64,000 bases of DNA, from assembly GCA_032718475.1 (NCBI GenBank), contig JAUCBJ010000367.1, forward strand, positions 1-64,000, given 5' to 3'. A model generated the notes under the pieces. The model saw only the letters and a list, made by a program, of their open reading frames with translations, had not been told where the DNA came from and made no database searches. This DNA comes from Nemertoderma westbladi (Eukaryota > Animalia > Xenacoelomorpha). This document shows, one piece after another, positions 1 through 11,480 of the stretch; positions within the stretch are counted from its first letter, which is position 1; each line of letters begins with the position of its first letter. A program made the translations under genes and the position numbers.

Positions 1-144
1 TTCATCAAAGATTGGCTGAGTTATTAACGTTTAAAATTGAACACGACAGAACGACAGAACGACAGAACGACAGAACGACAGAACGACAGGTTGATTAATG
101 GTACCACTACGCTAAGGCTCACTCACTTCGTGGCTCGCCCCACA
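1..144 (-). mobile_element. HINE/DINE-1-like non-autonomous Helentron, 5' end (runs off window) with (CAGAACGA)n microsatellite
   Basis: Reverse complement starts TGTGGGGCGAGCCACGAAGT, matching elements at 8775 and 20853; then microsatellite (44-89) and TTTTAAACGTTAATAACTCAGCCAA, shared with ~8900-8925. Confidence 0.65.
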
Positions 145-302
145 ATCCCTTCTCAATTATTATTGGCTCACACTTTCTACAATTACCGGCTGAAGTCCTG
201 TTCCATCATCATCTCTGATATTGTTATTGTAGACTTCTTATATTAATCTATACACCCCCAGTCGAGGTAAATCAACAAGCAATACTATAAAATATATTTA
301 AT

Positions 303-797
303 TTAATTCTTAAAATAATAAAAAAAAATAATTGATAAAGGGGGGTTCTGTGGGCAAGTAAGGGCGTGATATCGGTCGCTAGACAAGTTGAGACATAATT
401 TACAGATACATTCTGAGTTTGGGGAGTGGAAAGAGGTAGTTAAACAGAGTTTGTGATGGAAGCCGTGGGATGTAAATCTGGTTATTAAATGACGGTTTTT
501 CTGGTTACTGTTTTTCCAAGTATTTGACTTAAATGCCGGTCCTAATTGGTAGAGTAGTTGGTTGAAATTTTCGTTGCGATCAGATCGATGTTGTTTGTGG
601 AGTTCTAGAACGTCAGAGTATATATTGTAGACTTCTAAAATAGATTGATCTCGATTTGTCATTGCTTCACCATGAACATCTTCAGCTACACTCACTACCG
701 ATTGAACATTCCAGCTAAACTCTTTAATCGGACTGCTGCATTGAAACTGGTCATTGAGATGCTGGCTTAACAAAAATATTTTGCTACCACCATGCAA
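303..797 (-). pseudogene. Probable 3' end of a non-LTR retrotransposon ORF2 with CCHC zinc knuckle
   Basis: ORF ends in LITRF...CICKLCLNLSSDRYHALTCP, a C-x2-C...H-x3-C motif typical of LINE ORF2 C-termini. No RT motifs seen. Confidence 0.4.
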
Positions 798-820
798 TCA
801 ATCCACAATTGACAAGCCCA

Positions 821-2033
821 ATGCAGGGTGCATTAAGAATGCTATGCCGGCTTATCAACAAAGATTCACCACCACAACTCCCTATCCCCCATGACTTTCG
901 CGAGACTATTCGCATCTACAAAACCAGTGTCCTTTAAGAGGCGTCTCACAAAAGTCATGGGCTGTCCACCATGCTTATTTTCTCAATGGGGCTGCCAAAG
1001 CACAAGATTGTGCACTACACAGGCTGGTCCTCACTGCGAAAACAATCTCCTGCAAAGCAGAGGCGGCTTTGTTCTATTTTCAAGTTTGGGAGAACCAATG
1101 AGACACCTCCGATGTTATAGTGTCTGGTTGGAGATGTGTGCATTGTACTTGACACAATGAACCCGGCGTAGCATTCTTGTGAATGTGCCATCCAGAGATT
1201 TGGTGTCCTCAGCAGTTAGAGCCCAGCATGGACTCCCGTAGAGGAGTACTGGGACTATTGCTGCTCTAAAAAATCGGACATTAAGTTTCCGATTAATTCT
1301 CTGACACTTCCAAATGCTGGAAAGCCTTTTCAAGGCTGCCCATGCCTGTTCCTTACGTATTCGAAGGTCCTCACCTGACTTCCGGATCCCTACCATGAAG
1401 CATACCATTCTTTGAGCTTATGCACATACGATCAGATATTTCCTGAGGACTTTCAAAATTAACTGTTAAAATGTTGGCCTTCTTGGAGTTAACAAAAAGA
1501 CCAACACTTGAAGCAGCCTGTTCTAATGAGCTGAGGAGCTGTTTGGCTCCTTCTAGTGATTATGAGAGTATTCCTAAGTCATCAGCAAAGTCTAGATCAG
1601 TTAGGTACTTGGCAGGATTGCCTCGACTTCTGGAGCCAGTAGGTGGAGATACCATCACCCCATCATCATTATGATAATCTAAGGACATTAGTAGAACATA
1701 GTCAACCACAATTATGAACAAGAATGCCGCAAGTGTGTCACCCTGGAGTACTCCCCATAACATTTCGAATGGTTCTGTGTCACCGTCAACAGTAGACACA
1801 AATGTTGTCAAATCATCGTATACTGATCTGATTGCTGCAATAATTTCATCAGGAATCCCATATAATGAAAGTATGCTGAACATACGTGAGCGAGAGACTG
1901 AATCAAAGGGCTTCACGAAGTCAACAAATCTAACAGCCAGAAGTCAGTCTTTCTTTTTTGACAACTCTTCAATTATCCTTCTAAGTGAAAAAAATGGGCT
2001 ACATGGTCCCAGGACCTTTATACGGAACCCAAA
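821..2033 (-). mobile_element. Degenerate 5'-truncated RTE-like LINE (copy A)
   Basis: RT motifs GVLQGDTLA, YLTDLDFADD and K-RFFRAAIVPVLLYG in broken ORFs; colinear with 6350-7585 with indels and an internal deletion. Confidence 0.9.
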
Positions 2034-2034
2034 T

Positions 2035-2683
2035 CATCTCCAGCTACACTCACAACTGATTGAACATCGTCAGCTACACTCACTACTGGTTGAACATCTC
2101 CAGCTATACTCACTACCGGCTGAACATCTCCAGTTACACTCACTACTGGTTGAACATCTCCAGCTACACTCACTACCGGTTGAACATCTCCAGCTACACT
2201 CACTACTGGTTGAACATCTCCAGTTACTCTCACTACCAGTTGAACATTTCCAGTTACACTCAGTACTGGTTGAACATCTCCAGCTACACTCACTACCGGT
2301 TGAACATCTCCAGCTACACTCACTACCGGTTGAACATCTCCAGTTACACTCAGTACTGGTTGAACATCTCCAGCTACACTCACTACCGGTTGAACATCTC
2401 CAGCTACACTCACTACCGGTTGAATATCTCCAGCTACACTCACTACCGGTTAAACATCTCCAGTTACACTCAGTACTGGTTAAACATCTTCAGCGCACTC
2501 ATACTGGTTGAACATCTTCAGCTACACTCACTACTGGTTGAACATCTCCAGCTACACTCACTACCGGTTGAACATCTCCAGCTACACTCACTACCGGTTG
2601 AATATCTCCAGCTACACTCACTACCGGTTAAACATCTTCAGCGCACTCATACTGGTTGAACATTTTCAGCTACACTCACTACT
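2035..2683. repeat. 30-bp minisatellite (TGAACATCTCCAGCTACACTCACTACCGGT), ~21 copies
   Basis: Directly visible tandem units; two 28-bp variants near 2490 and 2640; explains the overlapping 10-aa-periodic ORFs. Confidence 0.97.
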
Positions 2684-2689
2684 AGAGGA

Positions 2690-2913
2690 TATTGTACTTT
2701 GGCATTCTCATGGAGTGAATAAGCATGGTGGACACGTACAGCCCATGACTTTCTTGAGACGCATCTCAAAGGACACTGGCCTTGACGATGCGGATGATCT
2801 AGCAAATGTCATGGGTGATACGGAGTTGTGGCGGCGCAATTTTGTGGACAAGCCGGCACAGCATTCTTAAATTGCACCTGCAATGAAGCGTGCCGATCCT
2901 ATGTAGTAGTAGT
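2690..2913 (+). mobile_element. 3' fragment of the same RTE-like LINE with (AGT)n tail
   Basis: Encodes LWHSHGVNKHGG...NFVDKPAQHS as in 6362-6622(-); ends GCCGATCCTATGTAGTAGTAGT. Confidence 0.88.
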
Positions 2914-3416
2914 GTAAATGGACCCCCCCCCCCCCCCCCCCCCCCCTCCCAGATAATTTTCACCAAAGGTTAAAATAAGCTTTACAAATTTCCAGCTATT
3001 TAAATATACTGTTAGGTGTTGAGTAGGCAACCTATTAATTTAATACTAATACCGTAGACCTACTTCTAAACTCACTCCATTAATTATTTCAAGGCCAAAT
3101 ATCCTATCATATTGTGGCAAACGGGCATTTTCGGGGTTTTATCAGAACGAATTATTAAAGTCCCTCTGACATTTAATTAACTAATAATAAACCCCCTAAT
3201 ATCTAATTTAAGGGGTTTTATCAGAAATTAAATCCCATATTGAAGGTACTTAAACAGAGTTTTTTCCTACTTATGGGGTTTTAACAGTTCAAGCGATATT
3301 TAGACGGGATCTTATTTTGCGTTTTTCTCCGTTATTAACGCTGTTTTAACTTCTGGGGTTTTGTCAGAGGGTGGATATCAATCTAAGGTACCAGAATCAC
3401 CAAAAACCTGAAAAAA

Positions 3417-3989
3417 ATGGTCAAAAATCGACTTACGGGGTTTTACCAGATTACCCACGAAATGGTTGTTGTAGGTATAGTTGGTGTGTACCACCATTCG
3501 TTGAGACATAAAGCTGCCGAACAATGTAACAGAATTGCCTTGCAATTCAAAAAAGACAATTATGAAGTGAATAGATGTGACGACATTCAGGTTAGCATTA
3601 AAATACCTAAATCATCTAGTCCCATCGTACGACGCTATTTCACTATAAGGAACGTTTTATTTGGGATAATTTTACTTCTGGTACTGATAGTAGCAGCATT
3701 AATTATCGTTCTCGCCATTGGAGGCTCAAGTAGTGAGGCATTATGTCTGACCCCCGAGTGCATTTACATGGCATCCTCCATCTGGGCTAATATGAACACC
3801 TCGGTCGATCCCTGTCAGGATTTCTACAACTATGCATGTGGGGGCTGGATCAATAATAACCCTATTCCACCCGATATGGACTTATTGGATTCAATGGATA
3901 AGAAACGCCTTGAAAACAAGATATTGCTAAAGTCTATGTTGGATGAAATAACGGCAGTAGTAGGAGTTTGGGCGGCTTTGCGAAGTTAG
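3417..3989 (+). CDS. M13 family metallopeptidase (neprilysin/ECE-like) N-terminal exon or truncated copy; homologous part ~3530-3950
   Basis: Type II TM segment ([22 protein letters not shown]) followed by CLTPEC...[25 protein letters not shown]. No catalytic HExxH region visible in the window; ORF ends are probably not exon ends. Confidence 0.8.
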   Translation: MVKNRLTGFYQITHEMVVVGIVGVYHHSLRHKAAEQCNRIALQFKKDNYEVNRCDDIQVSIKIPKSSSPIVRRYFTIRNVLFGIILLLVLIVAALIIVLAIGGSSSEALCLTPECIYMASSIWANMNTSVDPCQDFYNYACGGWINNNPIPPDMDLLDSMDKKRLENKILLKSMLDEITAVVGVWAALRS

Positions 3990-4414
3990 TCCTCACTCAT
4001 GACTCATCGCTTAGGAATGTGACACCTAGGGTGTCATTGGGCGTCATTGGCGCCAGACTGTCTGGGTGACACCGCCTAATTTAGGCAATTAGACCCTAAT
4101 TGACGGGTGTCATCCATTAATTAGTACACTTAATGAACAATTGAATAAAATTAAGAAACAGTTGGATAATGAGGACGATGAAAGTGCAGAAAATCAACCA
4201 GCTTTTACTTATTTTCGAAGACCTATGATAAAAAACTCTCGTACAGTATTTGCACGCGCAGGATGTTAGTGATGAAATTTGTTGTTTGAGTTCCTTTCAT
4301 AATAGTATTAGGACTATTTATCCAAAATAATTATATTAGTATTATAAATAAAAAGCTCGAAGCTAGTGTACACTAGAGTCAACCAAGAGCTAGGAGAAAA
4401 AGTAATGCTCTTCT

Positions 4415-4480
4415 AGGGTTCGAACTCACGACCATCTAATTAGAAAACTAAGCAACTGAGATCAGCTTGAAGGCCTTGGA
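4415..4480 (-). mobile_element. tRNA-derived SINE head remnant
   Basis: Minus strand reads GGTCGTGAGTTCGAACCCT (Pol III B-box/T-arm); similar to 8445-8506. Confidence 0.4.
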
Positions 4481-4487
4481 CCCTTAA

Positions 4488-4761
4488 TCTGTGCCTAAGT
4501 GCCTCAGTGAGGCATAGTCTGAGCCTCAGTGAGGCATAGCCTGTGCCTCAGTGCCTCAGTGAAGCATAGTCTTCGCTTCAGTGCCTCAGTGAGGCATAGT
4601 CTGTGCCTCAATGAGGCATAGTCTGTGCCTCAATGAGGCGTAGTCTGTGCCTCAGTGCCTCAGTGAGGCATATTCTTCGCCTCAGTGCCTCATTGAGGCA
4701 TAGTCTGTGCCTCAGTGAGGCATAGTCTGTGCCTCAGTGAGGCATAGTCTGAGCCTCAGTG
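4488..4761. repeat. 22-bp minisatellite with internal palindrome TGCCTCA-G-TGAGGCA
   Basis: Units GTGCCTCAGTGAGGCATAGTCT with extra GTGCCTCA subrepeats are directly visible. Confidence 0.92.
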
Positions 4762-4975
4762 ACCTACCAAGCTACCAAGTTTCAGCCTAAATGGATTAAA
4801 AACAATCAAATGAGATCAGGTTTTAACTTTGAGACATTTCGCCCTCTAGCAGCAGACTGGAGAACTTCAGACTACTCTGCAACTCCGTAAAAGATATAGC
4901 CTATATTGTAATAGATACCTACCAAGTTTCAGCCTAAATGAATTAAAAACAATCAAATGAGATCAGGTTTTCACT
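4762..4975 (-). mobile_element. HINE core-repeat fragment (about 1.4 copies of a ~147-bp unit)
   Basis: CTACCAAGTTTCAGCCTAAATG...GAGATCAGGTTTT is duplicated; GCCCTCTAGCAGCAGACTGGAGAACT closely matches the reverse complement of 21232-21257. Confidence 0.65.
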
Positions 4976-4977
4976 GC

Positions 4978-5119
4978 GATGCGGATGATCTAGCATATGT
5001 CATGGGTGATACGGAGTTGTGGCGGCGCAATTTTGTCGACAAGCCGACACAGCATTCCTAATATATATGTAATATAAATACTGCAGCTGCAATGCAGCAT
5101 GCCGATCGTAGTAGTAGTA
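4978..5119 (+). mobile_element. Short 3' fragment of the same RTE-like LINE
   Basis: Matches 2787-2913; ends GCATGCCGATCGTAGTAGTAGTA. Confidence 0.85.
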
Positions 5120-5936
5120 CTGCACCGGTACACAGTTCAGTAACTGTGTCATAGAACTTAGATTGATTGACACTATGTGTCAAGAAAATTTGGCGACATA
5201 GCAAAAATGCAACTTGAAAATTCGTAATTTATTTTATCACCTACTTAATTTTAATATTTATTTTCATTTGGTTGCCTGGACGGTTATTTTTAAGTGATCA
5301 AACTGTTTGAGTCTGTTTTCCAAATTTTCCAAATTATATTCCAATTGTTTTCGCCTGTTTTTGTGTGTTGTCACGATCTTATATTATCCATAGGCCTATG
5401 TAGACACTCTATCCAATATTATACTGTACATACAATCGCTAGACTTTTTATATAAGTAAAATTAATGTACAATCATTCTTTCGAATATTGTCACTTCACG
5501 TATCGCATTACATTAAATTCCTACACTAACATCGAACAATAAGTATTATGCACTAATACAATAGTCTAGACACTTACTTCAGTAGTTCACAAAGAATATT
5601 ATATCAAACAGCGAGAATCTAACCCACAACCTCTATGATGATGATATGACATGCCCCAACCCTTTTATCTATAAGTCATTAAAACATGTAGAGACTGGGT
5701 TAACTATTTAATACCATGTACAGTAGGTCTAATATTTTAGTTACAGTCGGCAACACTTTGAGTAAACTTTAGATAGCGGTGTCGTTTCTTTGACTAACCT
5801 ACTTTCTTGATTTTATTTCCTACAATCTATATAAAGTTGTGCTTTATGTTATTTCATTATTTTAGCCTACGGTTCTATTTTGCTATTACCATTTACTGTT
5901 TAGATTATTGAAATAAAATATAATTTAATTATAAAA

Positions 5937-6175
5937 GGGCGGGGGTGACTCAGTTGGTTGAGCGCCGGGCTTATACTGGTTGTAGGTTCGAGACCCGCCA
6001 GTATCACTTAGCCTTTCATCCACTGGGGTCGATAAAATGAGGACCAGTTGAATTACTGGGCGCAAATCTTGGGGCAGGAGTAGCGCCCAGCCCTAGAGTA
6101 GTACCTTCGGGTAGCAGTTATCGAAAGAGGTACCTTTGGGTAGCTTCCAGCTTCGGCCGACTGTTTAGTAATTTG
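5937..6175 (+). mobile_element. tRNA-derived SINE with conserved central domain
   Basis: A-box TGACTCAGTTGG, B-box GGTTCGAGACC, core CTTAGCCTTTCATCC...GGGGTCGATAAAATGAGGACCAG; second diverged copy at 11270-11480. Confidence 0.8.
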
Positions 6176-6319
6176 CTACAAATTACCTGTAATTTCTTTA
6201 TGTTGATGTAGTTGTTGCTCAATTCCTCAAGTAAATTGAGATTGGTAGACTGTAGTTTGTGTAATGTAATACTCATTCCGTTGTCTTCTGCTGCTATTTT
6301 TGCTAAAAAGTAACAGAAT

Positions 6320-8150
6320 ATACTACTACTAGGATCGGCATGCTGCATTGCAGCTGCATTTTTAAGAATGCTGTGCCGGCTTATCGACAAAATTGCACCG
6401 CCACAACTCCCTATCACCCATGACATTTGCTAGATCATCCGCATCTTCAAGGCCAGTGTCCTTTAAGATGCGTCTCAAGAAAGTCATGGGCTGTCCACCA
6501 TGCTTATTCACTCCATGAGGCTGCCAAAGTACAAGATTAAGCACTGGCTGGTCCTCACGGCGAAAGCAATGTCCTGCAAAGCGGAGGCGATTTTGTTCTA
6601 CTGTCAAGCTTGGGGGAACCAATGAGACACCTCAAATGTTATATAGTGTCTGGTTGGAGATGTGTGCATTGAACTTGACACAATGAACCCGGCGTAGCAT
6701 TCTTGTGAATGTGCCATCCAGAGATTTGGTGTCCTCAGCAGTTAGAGCCCAGCATGGACTCCCATAGAGGAGTACTGGAACTACTGCTGCTCTAAATAAC
6801 CGGACCTTAAGTTTCCGATTAATTCTCGGTGACTTCCAAATCCTGGAAAGCCTATTCAAGGCTGCCCATGCCTTTCCCTTACGTATTTGAAGGTCCTCAC
6901 CTGACTTCCGGATCCATGATCCCAGGTAACAGAAGTCATCCACATGCTCAAGCATACCATCTTTTGAGCTTATGCTCATCCGATCAGAGACTTGCTGAGG
7001 ACTTTCAAAGTTAACTGTCAAAATTTTGGTCTTTCTGGAGTTAATAAAAAGACCAACACTAGAAGCAGCATGTTCTAATGAGCTGAGGAGCCGTTGGGCT
7101 CCCTCTAGTGATTCTGAGAGTACTCATAAGTCATCAGCAAAGTCTAGATCAGTTAGGTACTTGGCAGGATTTCCTCGACTTCTGGAGCCAGTAGGTGGAG
7201 TTATCATCACCCCATCATCATTATGATGATCTAAGGACATGCGTAGAACATAGTCAACAACAATTATGAACAAGAATGGTGCAAGTGTGTCTCCCTGGAG
7301 GACGCCCCATAACACTTCAAATGGTTCTGTGTCACCGTCAACAGTAGACACAAATGTTGTCGAACCATCGTATACTGATCTGATTGCTGCAATAATTTCA
7401 TCAGGAATCCCATATAATGAAAGTATGCTGAACATACGTGAGCGAGAGACTGAATCAAAGGCCTTGAAGAAGTCAACAAAGGTAACAGCCAGATGCCTGT
7501 CTTTCTTTTTTGATAACTCTTCAATTATACTTCTAAGTGCCAAAATGGGCTCCATGGTCCAACGACCTTTACGGAACCCATTCTGATTTCCACGGAGCAG
7601 TCTCTCAATGGGATCTCTGATGCGATTTAATAGAATTCTATTGTATAACTTTGCAGCAATTGAGATCAATGAGATTCCCCGAAAAGAACCATATAGTCTT
7701 AGGTTGCCCTTCTTGGGAACTGGCACCAACTTATTTGTTTTCATTTCTTGTGGGACTCTTGTTGTACGGTACATGTCTACTATGATGGGATAGATGAGCT
7801 TTAAACAACGTATTTTAAAGGTATTTAAAGGTTTAAAGGTTTAACGTTATGTTAAAGACCTCAGGGGGGACACCGTCTACTCCACTGGCACGATTGGTCT
7901 TAATGCTCTTTACAGCAGCCTTCACTTCTGCAAAGGAGATATCACCAATGGGAATATCTGGGAGTACAGACTCAGACACTTTTACTTCTATAAAGTTATC
8001 AGGCAATACCCTGTCATTATTGAGGAGCTTTCCAAAGTGGGCCTTCCAACCATTGAGGCGATCGGCTGGTGATTCAGCCTTAACCTTGGTGGTTGGTTGG
8101 CTTTTTCGACCAGCAAGCAAGTTGATCGATCTCCATGCCTGGGATGATAA
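6320..8150 (-). mobile_element. 5'-truncated RTE-like LINE (copy B), RT domain pseudogenised
   Basis: ASGVDGVPPEV, LVPVPKKG..FRGISL, NQNGFRKGR, FVDFFKAFDSV, GVLQGDTLAP, DFADD followed by a TGA stop, FCYLGS, RLRFAGHC; 3' (AGT)n tail at ~6320-6331; short AT-rich interruption ~7800-7845; no endonuclease domain. Confidence 0.93.
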
Positions 8151-8444
8151 CTTGATGGTAACTTGGACGCACTCTATCTTAATTAATTTAATAAGCGGAA
8201 TAAAGTGATTGTTGAATGTGAAACACGAACCACCAGATGCCACCTGCAGGTTTTCTCTTGGATATTACTTGCAAGGCGGGGAGGGTGCCACACTAACTCC
8301 CAAGGTCTAATACTCCCAATATCCAGCCATTTTCGTTACTCCTCCCGGCAAATGGCACGTTCCCATTAGGCCTACAGCTAAATGGGCTGAAGCTACAGTA
8401 GGTCTATAGAGTTTACAATGTAACTAAAACTGGGCTAATACTAT

Positions 8445-8506
8445 TCCGCGACTCGAACTCACGATTTCCCGATTGAAAGACCGAGGCTCTTACCACCTTG
8501 ACAACC
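8445..8506 (-). mobile_element. tRNA-derived SINE head (tRNA pseudogene-like); body probably extends to ~8240
   Basis: Minus strand GGTTGTCAAGGTGGTAAGAGC...CGTGAGTTCGAGTCGCG has A/B boxes and a T-arm but no proper acceptor stem. Confidence 0.55.
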
Positions 8507-8578
8507 TTTACCTATAATTAACAGTCGTTCGAACGTCTGTCATTCTTTTACCAAAGTCATAATGTATTATAAGAACCA

Positions 8579-8703
8579 CATAGGCGTTAATCCAGAGGGG
8601 GGTAAAGGGGGCAAGTGCCCCACCCCAAGATCCTTGGGGTGGGGCATCCCCCCCCCCCCCAAAGTGGGCCAAACCCAACCCTCCTTGGGATGCGTTAACG
8701 CTG
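8579..8703. mobile_element. Small hAT-like MITE end with GC-rich hairpin
   Basis: Starts CATAGGCGTTAATCCAGAGGGGGG; internal palindrome TGCCCCACCCCAAG-ATC-CTTGGGGTGGGGCA. Confidence 0.5.
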
Positions 8704-8774
8704 CTCGATTTGTGTAGTTGTGTAGGGCTATGATTCCGTTTCAGTTTCCGTGAGCATACAGTAGTTCCTTGTTT

Positions 8775-9050
8775 TGTGGGGCGAGCGACGAAAGTAAGCG
8801 AGCTTAGCATACAAGTACCACTAACTCAATCGGTGTGTCTGTTGTTCTGTTGATCTGTCGATCTGTTGATCTGTTGTTCTGTTGATCTGTTGTGTCCAAT
8901 TTTAAACGTTAATAACTCAGCCAAATGTTAATTAAATTTAACCAAACTTGGTACACATGTTGTCTGGCAAAAGTTTAGCAATTTTCCAAGTTGAATTTCC
9001 GTGTGGCCTTCGAGAAGCTAAGATAATAGCAGTTAATTAGTTAATTAAGT
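8775..9050 (+). mobile_element. HINE/DINE-1-like element, 5' part (3' limit uncertain)
   Basis: TGTGGGGCGAGCGACGAAAG start, (CTGTTGAT)n microsatellite, AATAACTCAGCC...ACCAAACTTGGTACACA core; same family as 1-144. Confidence 0.65.
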
Positions 9051-9808
9051 TGATTACGGTAAAAACTGCATTTTCAACCTGCCTGTTAAAGGAAATTAAT
9101 TATTTTACAGTATAAGATTTAAATAATTATACTTAAAAATTATACAGATGTAATCCACATACCCCATTCTATTATAGTTTTTAATTAGTTCAAGTGATTT
9201 GCTTTAATAAATGTGTCTTTAATTGATCTAAACGTAATTAAAGCGGCACAATTATTGAGTACAAATTTAATCCTGCCCATTATTGGTTAACTTAGTCTCT
9301 GCGGGGGTGTAGAGCTGCTAGCTGGCTGGGAGATGTTGGTGTAGCCTTACCAGAGGCGAATTGTACTGTAATAGGCAGCCAGTAGTATTGCTATAGCAAC
9401 CCAGACATAACTCCAACAATACACTGCCTGTATTTCAATTCCTATTGACTCTATACTATAAATGTTGTATTACTTACTATCTCAGGTGAGAGAAGATATA
9501 ATGACTGTTGTAGGCTTATATCTGAAATAGTTTATTCCGCAATATATTTGTCTGGTTATTTTTTAATTGAATTTTTGCAAAGTAGTAAAATTAATGTTCT
9601 TAAAAATAATATTATTATTTTATATGTAACCTAGGAAATTAGCTACATTTTTTCGCTGCAGCTTTAAGAGTGTACATTGATTTAATATTATTTCAATACC
9701 CATATTACTACATCGGCATACGATGCGTTGGCGTTGTATCACACATCTCCACATAGATGTATCAGCAGTTACTCGCACAGTTTCGAAACTTCGCATAGTT
9801 ATAACTGT

Positions 9809-10290
9809 ATAAAGATCGTCAGTCTTGGTTTAGGAAAAATATTTTAATGCAAAACAGGACGAGCTACGAGCGCAACGAGGCATATAATGAAGACGAGTAC
9901 TGTGTAGACTATATTCCTATAAACCATACCTGGCTTCGCCTATTGAAGGCATCAGTAGTTATAAAGATCGTCCGTCAGTCTGCGTTTAGGAAATATGTTT
10001 AAATACAAAACAGGACGAGCACAACGACGTTTATAATAATGAAGACGAGTACTGCCTACTTCGTTGATTATATTCCTATAAACCATACCTGGCTTCGCCT
10101 ATTGAAGGCATCGGTAGTTATAAAGATCGTCCGTCAGTCTGCGTTTAGGAAATACAGAAATATGTTTAAATACAAAACAGGACGAGCACAACGACTTTTA
10201 TAATAATGAATACGAGTACTGCCTACTGCGTTGATTATATTCCTATAAACCATACCTGGCTTCTCCTATTGAAGGCATCGGTAGTTATAA
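9809..10290. repeat. Tandem triplication of a ~150-170-bp unit
   Basis: TATAAAGATCGTC...AAAACAGGACGAGC...TATTCCTATAAACCATACCTGGCTTC...TTGAAGGCATC recurs three times. Confidence 0.9.
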
Positions 10291-10715
10291 AGTACTGGTG
10301 GGTGGGAAGGGTGGGGGGGGGGGGGGGGTGCAGATTAAAAGGGGTGAACACGTACTGTCCTGTCCCCCTTTCTTTGATTGATTGGTGGTGTGGGTAAATT
10401 TCTCAAAACATGATTTAGTGATACAGTCGCTCAATTTTAATCTGTATCTGATAACTGAGCCTCGTCCTGCGCGATGGCCCCACGAACGTGTATAATGTTC
10501 GGGATATGATATACCTTATGTACAACAGTCCACACCATATAATATATCCCGTAATTATAGTGTCGTAATTGACATAATTCAGGTACATGCTCCACTACCC
10601 CCATCCCAATTTTCTACAAATCGTAATGCGATTGCATGAAATGTGAATGAATGATACCATGTTTACTTCTCCAACAGTACTGAATTGAAATGAGCGTTCA
10701 CAATACTGATGAGTG

Positions 10716-11140
10716 GGGTGTAAACGCTGAGCCGACACTGTGCCGACAGTGTCGGCGTTATGTTGTGCCGACAGTGTGCATATAATGTGCTGAGTGTCGG
10801 CGTTACGTTATGCCGACACTGTCGGCGTTACATTGTGCCGGCTGTGTCGGCGTTACGTTGTGCCGACAGTGTCGGCGTTACGTTGAGCTGACAGTGTTGG
10901 CGTTACGTTGTGCCGTCAGTGTCGGCGTTACATTCTGCCGACTGTGTTGGTGTTACGTTGTGGCGACAGTGTCGGCTTTACGTTGTGCCGACAATGTCGG
11001 CGTTACGTTGTGCCGACAACGTCGGCGTTACGTTGTGCCGACAGTGTCGGTGTTATGTTGTGCCGACAGTGTCGGTGTTACGTTGTACCGACAGTGTCGG
11101 TGTTACGTTGTGGAACAGTGTCGGCACAGCGTTTACACCC
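10716..11140. mobile_element. MITE-like element: 26-bp TIRs enclosing a 25-bp palindromic minisatellite
   Basis: GGGTGTAAACGCTGAGCCGACACTGT and ACAGTGTCGGCACAGCGTTTACACCC (1 mismatch); internal unit GCCGACAGTGTCGGCGTTACGTTGT, ~15 copies. Confidence 0.75.
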
Positions 11141-11269
11141 TGTAGAGTGGTGGATACAGGTGGTATTGTACTATAAAGCTTAGCGTTTGTCATGTGTTTG
11201 ACTCCAGCTGATGTTTAGTGCTGCCCTTTATTAATCTTGTGCAACTTGACCTTAGTTATTTACAAATAA

Positions 11270-11480
11270 GTGCAATGTTCTACTAATTGTCGTAGGTTCG
11301 AGCCCTGTCAGGGTCCAGGGCCTGTCATCCCATGGCATCGATAAAATTAGGACCAGTTGAAATAATGGGATCAAATAATCAGTAGCGCCCACCCCAACCT
11401 TCGGGTAGCAGCTATCGAAACAGGAGCCTTCAGGCCAGGCCGCCTCTGGCTTCGGCCCACTGTTTGCTTTGCTTGCTTCC
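11270..11480 (+). mobile_element. tRNA-derived SINE, same family as 5937-6175
   Basis: GTAGGTTCGAGCCC B-box, CATCC...TCGATAAAATTAGGACCAGTTGAA, GTAGCGCCCA...CCTTCGGGTAGCAG.TATCGAAA, (GCTT)n-like tail. Confidence 0.75.

Noticed and set aside
1714-2870. His/Leu- or Val-rich repeat proteins
   Set aside because: Translations of the 30-bp minisatellite and antisense LINE sequence.
4130-4270. Continuation of neprilysin (EQLNKIKKQLDNEDDESAENQ...)
   Set aside because: Lacks the expected KA..FY.SCM motif and a convincing splice acceptor.
8445-8506. Functional tRNA gene
   Set aside because: No acceptor stem pairing and an irregular anticodon arm; better explained as a SINE head.
9387-9400. Palindromic X-box-like ATTGCTATAGCAAC
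   Set aside because: No associated gene start; lies among TE fragments.
10810-11183. Cys-rich metallothionein-like ORFs
   Set aside because: Translations of the 25-bp palindromic repeat in all three frames.
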